From: Vitrella brassicaformis CCMP3155
Taxonomy: Eukaryota; Protista; Chromerida
Reading direction: 5' to 3'
Length of the DNA: 26,319 nucleotides
NCBI GenBank assembly: GCA_001179505.1
Contig: CDMY01000731.1
Location: 1-26,319, forward strand
Below the pieces are notes generated by a model. The model made no database searches. It was not told where the DNA came from and worked only from the letters and a program-made list of their open reading frames with translations. A program made the translations under genes and the position numbers. Shown here piece by piece: positions 21,001 through 26,319 of the stretch; position 1 is the stretch's first letter, and the number at the start of each line of letters is the position of its first letter.

Positions 21001-22798
21001 GCCTCTGGTAGCCGCCTGCGGGCATGTCAGCTTCATCCACCAACTCCACCACACCCTGGCCACACACACAGTCGGATGGTTGTCTCGTGTGTAGCCAGCC
21101 CATTCGTTCATCATGTACTTGGCTCCTCAATTTTTTGGCGTCGACATTGATGATGAGCGGCTCGCTATCGATGCCTTTGCGGCCTGTCACGAACAAGGTG
21201 TTCTCAGCCAACCCATACGCGGGAAGGAACATGCTTCGACGCACTCCTTTGCTCTCAAATTTCTGTTCAATAAGTCATATAGAGTGCGCACAGACAGCCA
21301 GGGTGCTCATGAATCCTACGTTCTGTCGACGGCTAGCTTGCTTGCCGCACGCACGTACCTTGACGAATTTGTCCACGGTGACTACTCTGATTGGTTCTGC
21401 CCCGCACAGGAACCCCATGACGTGGCTGAGGTCCAGCTCGTGAAACACGCTGTCGGGCATCTTGCGCGTCACGAGCTCAAAGGCGAAGTTGGGCGCAGCA
21501 CACGCACACGCCTTGTAGCGACTCATGCCTGCGTGAATGCGAACGACACACAGACCAAAAGCCATGCATTCAAGTCAAGCACCACTCGGCGGTCAGCTCG
21601 AGACTCGTACAGAGAGGCACCTTACCTTGCAGCCACAGGTGCGGCTTCCTGACGAAGTCGAGCGGTGAGATCTGGAAGAGCTCAAATCCAAAGAAAATGG
21701 GCGTGCAGAGGAAGCCGATGAGCCCCATGTCCCGGTAGACGGGAAGCCAGGAGAAGAGCCGCAGCCGGTGGCCCCGCACCCGCTCGCTGATCTCGTGACG
21801 CTGCATCAGGATCTCGCGCGTCCTGGTGTACGGCTGGCCTGTCACTGTGATGTTGGGAATGGTCGGGTCGTCGATGTTGCTGTCAAAGCCGAGGGTTGAG
21901 GCGCAGCAATGGACGTTGTGCAGCAGCGACCCGTGCGTGACTATCACCCCCTTGGGCGCCGCCGTCGACCCCGATGTGAACTGCAAAAAGGCAATGTCAC
22001 TCAGGCCGATGGACGGGGGGGTGAAGGTGAAGGACGCCTCAGGCCTGTCGTCTGCGGCCGTCCGCTTGAGTGCGTCGCTGGTGAGGATCCACTCGATGAA
22101 TCTCCACCTGTTGTCCTTGGCATAAAGGCNNNNNNNNNNNNNNNNNNNNNNNNNNNNNNNNNNNNNNNNNNNNNNNNNNNNNNNNNNNNNNNNNNNNNNN
22201 NNNNNNNNNNNNNNNNNNNNNNNNNNNNNNNNNNNNNNNNNNNNNNNNNNNNNNNNNNNNNNNNNNNNNNNNNNNNNNNNNNNNNNNNNNNNNNNNNNNN
22301 NNNNNNNNNNNNNNNNNNNNNNNNNNNNNNNNNNNNNNNNNNNNNNNNNNNNNNNNNNNNNNNNNNNNNNNNNNNNNNNNNNNNNNNNNNNNNNNNNNNN
22401 NNNNNNNNNNNNNNNNNNNNNNNNNNNNNGGGGGGATACACAGGCACCGCTACGACGCCCGTGGAGAGGCAGGCGAGGAAGGCGATGATGAAGTCGGTGC
22501 CGGGTGGGTAGCACAGGATCACCCGGTCACCCAGCTCCAATCCCAGATCCTCGGTGAGATAGGCGCCGAGCCGCTGCACCTTCCTGAAGAGCTCCCTGTA
22601 TGTCAGCACCTCGGCCGGCTCCCCATTGCCGTCGAGCCATGTGATGGCCGGATGCTGCGGCATCTCATCCGCCCACTTGGCGAGGGCTGTGCCGAATGCC
22701 GACGCCCCATAAAGCTGGTGCAGCTGTGAGAGATCATGAGAGATTGGTCGGGGAGGGACCTCCATGGCGCTAATCGATGTGCTGTGAGTGTCGGCCAT
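1..22798 (-). CDS. Giant multimodular type I polyketide/fatty acid synthase (FAAL-ACP-KS-AT-DH-ER-KR-ACP-KS-DH-ER-KR-ACP-KS...), 3'-truncated by the window edge
   Basis: Spliced model read from the sequence, with reading frame kept at every GT-AG junction. Exons: 22798-21626 (contains a gap), 21528-21359, 21262-21119, 21055-20965, 20906-20340, 20251-16078, 15995-13076 (overlap copy ends 11917), 11832-1822, then 1754-1340 / 785-<1. Catalytic motifs of every domain are present. About 4,700 aa after removing overlap duplicates. Confidence 0.95.
100..310 (-). other. ACP, module 2
   Basis: Manual translation gives [38 protein letters not shown]; Ser codon at 204-206. Confidence 0.88.
371..2008. 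repeat. Overlap duplicate 371-1039 / 1340-2008 (669 bp) flanking a 300-N gap
   Basis: Constant offset 969; near-identical apart from one divergent patch. Confidence 0.95.
430..2185 (-). other. KR domain, module 2, B-type (C-terminal part present twice across gap 1040-1339)
   Basis: ITGGLGGLG, HAAGAIDD, PK|V, GQSNYSAAN, WGPW. Confidence 0.9.
1755..1821 (-). other. Intron (67 bp, phase 0) in KR2; identical copy at 786-852
   Basis: GTGAG...TTCAG; joins VYLPK|VMGAMHLH. Confidence 0.9.
2270..3240 (-). other. ER domain, module 2 (variant copy at 4051-4910)
   Basis: GLNFRDV, LVHAASGGVGLAAIQ, GRFMELGK, HIGKVV. Confidence 0.9.
2381..5420. repeat. Overlap duplicate 2381-3750 / 4051-5420 (1370 bp) flanking a 300-N gap
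   Basis: Constant offset 1670; the first ~12 nt and an internal patch differ. Confidence 0.95.
5151..7222. repeat. Overlap duplicate 5151-6036 / 6337-7222 (886 bp) flanking a 300-N gap
   Basis: Constant offset 1186; scattered SNPs. Confidence 0.95.
6780..7770 (-). other. DH domain, module 2 (C-terminal part repeated at ~5594-6036)
   Basis: HPVLG, DHVVSNQCLMPGAG (His 7669-7671), YGTRFR, HPAILDGAFQ. Confidence 0.88.
7853..11058 (-). other. KS domain, module 2 (most of it present twice across gap 9643-9942)
   Basis: LAVMGMSCRLPG, MDPQQR, DTACSSS (Cys 10525-10527 and 8614-8616), HGTGTSLGDPIE, KTNIGHLE, SSFGFGGANAH. Confidence 0.95.
8032..11553. repeat. Overlap duplicate 8032-9642 / 9943-11553 (1611 bp) flanking a 300-N gap
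   Basis: Constant offset 1911; scattered SNPs, many non-synonymous. Confidence 0.95.
11145..11370 (-). other. ACP, module 1 (second copy ~9234-9459)
   Basis: [16 protein letters not shown]...MFDYPTL; Ser codons at 11257-11259 and 9346-9348. Confidence 0.9.
11478..13445 (-). other. KR domain, module 1, B-type (N-terminal half present twice across gap 12761-13060)
   Basis: ITGGLGGLG, HAAGVLDD (LDD, B-type), PK|V, FSSVASLFGNLGQSNYSAAN with catalytic Tyr and Asn, WGPW. Confidence 0.92.
11833..11916 (-). other. Intron (84 bp, phase 0) in KR1
   Basis: GTACA...GTTAG; joins VYLPK|VQGAMNLH. The donor is repeated at 13074-13075 in the overlap copy. Confidence 0.9.
11902..13919. repeat. Overlap duplicate 11902-12760 / 13061-13919 (859 bp) flanking a 300-N gap
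   Basis: Constant offset 1159. Confidence 0.95.
13500..14480 (-). other. ER domain, module 1
   Basis: VEVRVRAIGLNFRDV, EAAALP, LVHAASGGVGFAAIQ, GRFMELGK, HIGKVV. Confidence 0.92.
15230..16190 (-). other. DH domain, module 1
   Basis: HPLIG, HVVTG|VVVMPGAG (HxxxGxxxxP split by intron 15996-16077), YGPAFQ, LNPCLLDGALQ. Confidence 0.9.
15996..16077 (-). other. Intron (82 bp, phase 2) in the DH1 active-site motif
   Basis: GTAAG...TTCAG; restores HVVTGVVVMP. Confidence 0.92.
16330..17250 (-). other. cis-acyltransferase, module 1, malonyl-CoA type
   Basis: AFLFTGQGSQ, GHSIGE (Ser 16944-16946), conserved Arg in AERAR, VSHAFHS (HAFH 16623-16634, the established malonyl fingerprint), PVRF. Confidence 0.93.
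17321..19695 (-). other. KS domain, module 1 (part present twice across gap 18498-18797)
   Basis: EPIAIVGAACRLPG, MDPQQR, DTACSSS (Cys 19176-19178 and 18087-18089), HGTGTSLGDPIE, KTNMGHLE, SSFGFGGANAH; C-H-H triad intact. Confidence 0.95.
17709..19586. repeat. Overlap duplicate 17709-18497 / 18798-19586 (789 bp) flanking a 300-N gap
   Basis: Constant offset 1089; about 8 substitutions by manual count. Confidence 0.95.
19770..19985 (-). other. Loading ACP
   Basis: LHELGVDSIGAVEF...LIFNYPT; phosphopantetheine Ser codon at 19881-19883. Confidence 0.9.
20252..20339 (-). other. Intron (88 bp, phase 1) in the FAAL A10 motif
   Basis: GTACG...GTCAG; restores KTTAGKVRR. Confidence 0.9.
20907..20964 (-). 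other. Intron (58 bp, phase 1) in FAAL
   Basis: GTACA...TTCAG; joins PGID-V-RIVDPET. Confidence 0.88.
21056..21118 (-). other. Intron (63 bp, phase 0) in FAAL
   Basis: GTACA...(TG)nGCCAG; joins KLRSQ|GVVELV. Confidence 0.8.
21263..21358 (-). other. Intron (96 bp, phase 0) in FAAL
   Basis: GTACG...AACAG; joins DKFVK|KFESKG. Confidence 0.85.
21529..21625 (-). other. Intron (97 bp, phase 1) in FAAL
   Basis: GTAAG donor and CAG acceptor; joins WLQ-G-MSRYK. Confidence 0.9.
22130..22429. other. Assembly gap (300 N) hiding part of the FAAL N-terminal domain
   Basis: The only gap without flanking overlap; the reading frame differs on the two sides, so 300 is a nominal size. Confidence 0.9.
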
Positions 22799-23228
22799 GC
22801 CACGAAGTCCAGAGCGAGCTCAGCGGGGCTGCTCCCGGGCGATGCGGTCTTGCCTGCCGTTTCAAGGGAGTGAGGATAGCCGGCGAGCTCAGCCACGTCG
22901 ATCTGTGATTAAGATCTATGTAGCGACGTGCTTCAGACCCGCTCACACGTCCACATCTGCATGAGAAGAGAAAACAAGCGTGGCCTGCCTTCCGGTGAGG
23001 CTGCCGATGGATCAATTCCATGCGTGCTGACCTCCGAATGCTTCTCTTCGAGCCCACTCATGATGGCCACCCGCATCACCATTTTTCTGCCTCCTTCTCC
23101 CCTCAAGCGTTACACGACCAGGCCTACCCGTGCAGCTGTGGCAATTTCGCTTCTGCTTTGAGCTTTGAAGGGCAGTGGAGGCCTGCTGGCGCGTAGGAGT
23201 CAGGTGTCGCAGCATCTCTGTCGGCGTC
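22799..23228. promoter_or_regulatory. Putative shared (bidirectional) promoter and 5' UTR region, 430 bp
   Basis: Lies between divergent ATGs at 22798 (-) and 23229 (+); no transcription start sites can be read from sequence. Confidence 0.5.
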
Positions 23229-24761
23229 ATGTCTGCGAGTCAGCCCATCACGGTCAAGTTCGAGGGCTCTGAGGACACTCTGACCATATCAGAGGCCGTG
23301 GCGCAGCAGTACACCTTCTTCCAAGCCGTAAGGAACCGATCATGGCACTGCATGTGCTGCTGGGTGCAAGATCTGACTGCCTTCGTGTGTGTGTTGTGCT
23401 GTAGTTGCTGGACGGCGGTTTCCAGGAGCCGGCTGAGCGGACAGTGACGCTCAAGGAAATCTCTAGGCCAATCGCTGCCGTCGTGCTGCAGACGAGGAAT
23501 GACATGCTCAAAGATATCACGCGAGAGGTACCGATGCACACTGCCGTCTTTCCCTTGTCGCATGCTGCTGTCACTCATTGCGCGTGTGTCTGTGCTAGAA
23601 TCTGTTGGATTGCTTGTCGGCGTTGGATTTCCTCAATTGTTTGCAAGACGACCGACCGAAACTCATCGACAACGTCGGCAGGAAGGTACAATGGGAGGGA
23701 GGGGGAGCGGACATATCTCACTCGATGTATTCCTGTCAGGTGTTGCGCAATCGTTGGCACGATGACCAGGACCTCTGCCGAGCGATGCTCAAAATGGCAT
23801 TCGACAGACCACTCATCAGGTATGACACACCCAACGTCACAACTCATTCTGTGTTGTTGACTTCCTGAGCCTTGATTGGTTATCAGGTCATTGATTGGTT
23901 GGCATTATGACCTGGGCAGAGCCTGCGCCCCCTACCTGGTGGAGAATGCGAAACAAGTGGCCGCCCAGTGGGCGGTCAGCTCATCGGATGCTGATATCGG
24001 CATCAGGGCATTCATCATTGGCTTGCTGGGAGACCTCAAACGGCTCATCGACACTAACGCCGGCTCCATGCGACTCGAGACACTCAAACGATTCTGGTGG
24101 ACGCCACCGCCACATCGAACTTCAACGAGGCGGTGAGTCCGTCCGTCAGAAGAGGGAAAAGGAGGGCTCATCCGCCTCCTTCATCCTGCCCCCCCCCCTC
24201 CCCCCGTCTCTCTCTCCCTGGTGTGTATGTGTGCAGGCAGCCGCCTTCTTCGAGTGTGGTCGGCTCTCCAGCGAGCATGGATGCGAGATCGAAGCGCCAG
24301 GGAGCGCGGGCTGGACCGACCTCGGTAATCTCCGAGTTCGCTTGCACAGCAGCAGCGAGGCAACCGAAGACTCCGGAGGCGCTTCCTACTACATCCGGCA
24401 GGGCGACGTCAACGACACGTCGACCATGCTTCTCAGCAACGTTCGTTCATTCGAGATGAACAGCGCATACGTCCACCAATCGGACTCCCAGAGAGTCTTC
24501 TGCTTCTCATTGTCCGTCAAGATGTCCATCGGCGATGGCGGCAATGGCGGCGATGGCGATACTATCACCAACTTCAAGGCCCACCAGCGTGATATTATTC
24601 CCTTCATCCGGACTGTTGGGCCCCTCGGCCCTCTGCACATGCTTGTCGATCACGCAGACGGCATGATGGCCACCATCCTGACATCGATCATGGAGGACAG
24701 CGGGTGTGATGCGGTGGGGGAGGGAGGGAGGCCCCCCAAGCGACGGAGAGTGGAGGTGTGA
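23229..24761 (+). CDS. BTB/POZ (SKP1/BTB fold)-like protein with C-terminal NLS, ~400 aa; probable 1-bp frameshift near 24086-24090
   Basis: Exons 23229-23327, 23405-23527, 23599-23819, 23887-24132, 24237-24761 with GT-AG introns of 77, 71, 67 and 104 bp. The spliced N-terminus reads ...YTFFQA|LLDGGFQEPAERTVTLKEIS..., resembling the BTB consensus SxyF.amf.ggf.Es...i.l.di. The C-terminus is RPPKRRRVEV*. Confidence 0.72.
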
Positions 24762-25644
24762 GCCACGGACGGACCGACCGATACGTAGATAGATAGTGAC
24801 AGGTGGTGTTTGGTGAGCGTGTGGACTCAGTCGCCTCGCTGCTGCTGATCAGTGTGTATTGGTAGGGGTTCGTATTTCAGCTGGCTGATTGGTATGTTTT
24901 GATGTGCATGGCCAACTGACCGACAGTGGCAGGTGAATTCATCCATGGATCACAGTGGTTGTCCAATGGTGTCTGTGTCTCAATCGATCGATGCTAGCTG
25001 GGTGTAGTGCAGACAGACACACAGACACGTCACACACCACTCAAAACCACCACAGCGCCCAGGCAGGCGCGCAGGCAGGTATGAATACGTATCTGTGAAC
25101 GGCTGGCCTTTCTCGAAGAGGCAACGTGACGGTCTATCCTCGGGAGACACTCAGACTAAGTCACTGAAAAAACAGTTTCTAGAAAGCTGTGCCCTCAGGC
25201 GTTTGTGAGTGTGTATGTGCCACCATGTGTGTGTGGATGTAAGTATGGATATCGACAGGACCAAGTGGCTCTTCACACCCGTACATACACACATGGACTG
25301 GACCACCATAGCGGCGGGCACTGTTGGATGGGACAAACACACTTAGATGGCCCGGCCCACTATCTATCACACGACCCGTTTCGCCGCCGCCGACAAAAAA
25401 GAGTGCAGCACCGCACCGCACTCGTGCCCACCACAGCACAACGCACCCACCCAGGACAGCACACTCCATCTATACATAAAAACACTTTTCCCCCTCTCTT
25501 AATTTCCATCCTAAGCAGGCAGTAAGTACGCACGGCGACACACACAGGCGCCGGCGAGCCCTCTCTGTTTACCAAAAGCGTCGTCACCCAAAAGAGTCAA
25601 ACCGCACAACAATCAACCACCGCATGCGGGTCAGGAAATGACAT

Positions 25645-25684
25645 AGACAGACAGACAGACACACAGACAGACAGACAGACAGAC
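25645..25684. repeat. (AGAC)n microsatellite: 4 units + ACAC + 5 units
   Basis: Read directly from the sequence. Confidence 0.95.
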
Positions 25685-25999
25685 ACTGGCGCGCTTCAAT
25701 GAGGTGCTTCTCTCGTCAGCGAGCCGTCACAAGCGTGCGTCACCTGCAATCCAATCCTCACACACATGCAAGAAATGTGCGCATCGCATGCAATGCACCT
25801 AGCTATCCTATTGTCAATAGACGAGGGTAGTAGCAAGTAGGCACGATCCGATCCAGCCAGTGAGTTTCATAGACATACGAGTGCGTCCAGAAGATACACT
25901 CTCTCAGGCGACGCCACGGCCGCCACGATCGAATATATGCGGGGCCCACGTACCCTTTATCTATGTACACATACTTTTTTACAAGGGGGGACCAACCAG

Positions 26000-26041
26000 A
26001 CACGCATACACACACATACACACGCATACACATACACACAC
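26000..26041. repeat. Imperfect (CA)n tract
   Basis: acacgcatacacacacatacacacgcatacacatacacacac. Confidence 0.85.
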
Positions 26042-26063
26042 GAAAAACACAACTGACAAAGAT

Positions 26064-26083
26064 AGAGCAGAGCAGAGCAGAGC
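26064..26083. repeat. (AGAGC)4 pentanucleotide repeat
   Basis: Read directly from the sequence. Confidence 0.9.
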
Positions 26084-26319
26084 ACGTCGACTCATCGACT
26101 GATAGATAAACACTGACATACATATTCACATGACATAACAAAAGACAAGACAAGCTGACACAAGACAATTTAAGACACCACACAAAACTGCACACTGCCC
26201 TCCACACACACGTGGGCGAGGAAACCATTCCTTCCTTCATGCCATACACACACATACATATACAATCCCAAGCAGCCCATCGCTTATCGCCTGAAGCTTG
26301 GCACACACCCCACGGTGAT

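Larger units (their letters stand above)
20220..22798 (-). other. Fatty acyl-AMP ligase (FAAL-type adenylation) loading domain
   Basis: Motifs VILCYPPG..F..AFLACL..GVVAVPVYPP, AFLQFTSGSTAAPKGV, SWLPVYRDMGLIG, APNFAFEL, GAEPI, PAYGLAENT followed by a FAAL-type insertion before GCG, LRTGDSGF, GRIKDMIIVRGRNYFPQDIE and IPKTTAG|KVRR (A10 Lys, split by an intron). Confidence 0.92.

Noticed and set aside
835-22514. ORFs read through N runs, some appearing to show KS-KS or KR-KR fusions
   Set aside because: X-filled joins over fixed 300-N placeholder gaps; frame continuity across a gap carries no information.
22603-23230. Short ORFs in the intergenic region (22770-23057, 22928-23161, 23012-23230)
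   Set aside because: No motifs or splice support; they overlap the likely UTR and promoter sequence.
25621-25800. GCATGC motifs resembling the apicomplexan TGCATGCA element
   Set aside because: Two short imperfect matches, not upstream of any gene called here; expected by chance in CA/TG-rich DNA.
25803-26306. 167-aa minus-strand ORF and possible tiny exons (e.g. 25954-25960, or an exon starting at 25743)
   Set aside because: Dominated by C/V residues from GT repeats; splice-like motifs are frequent by chance, and no coherent protein can be assembled.

Overview
Eukaryotic, GC-rich genomic DNA with short (58-104 bp) GT-AG introns and GT/CA microsatellites. An alveolate such as the chromerid Vitrella is my inference, not a database result. 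About 22.8 kb of the minus strand is one giant, intron-containing modular type I PKS/FAS gene that starts at ATG 22798 and runs off the left edge. Domain order is FAAL-ACP / KS-AT-DH-ER-KR-ACP / KS-DH-ER-KR-ACP / KS(start). Module 1 has a malonyl-type cis-AT and module 2 has no AT at all. Seven gaps of exactly 300 N interrupt the gene. Six of them are flanked by near-identical overlapping copies (669-1611 bp), so the apparent domain duplications are probably assembly overlaps of haplotypes or paralogous modules. After removing them the visible part encodes roughly 4,700 aa. The copies are mosaics that share tracts with module 1, which suggests inter-module gene conversion and possibly collapsed extra modules. 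A 5-exon BTB/POZ-like gene with a C-terminal NLS lies head-to-head 430 bp away on the plus strand and appears to carry a 1-bp frameshift. The last ~1.5 kb is non-coding and microsatellite-rich. No RNA genes, mobile elements or CRISPR arrays are supported.
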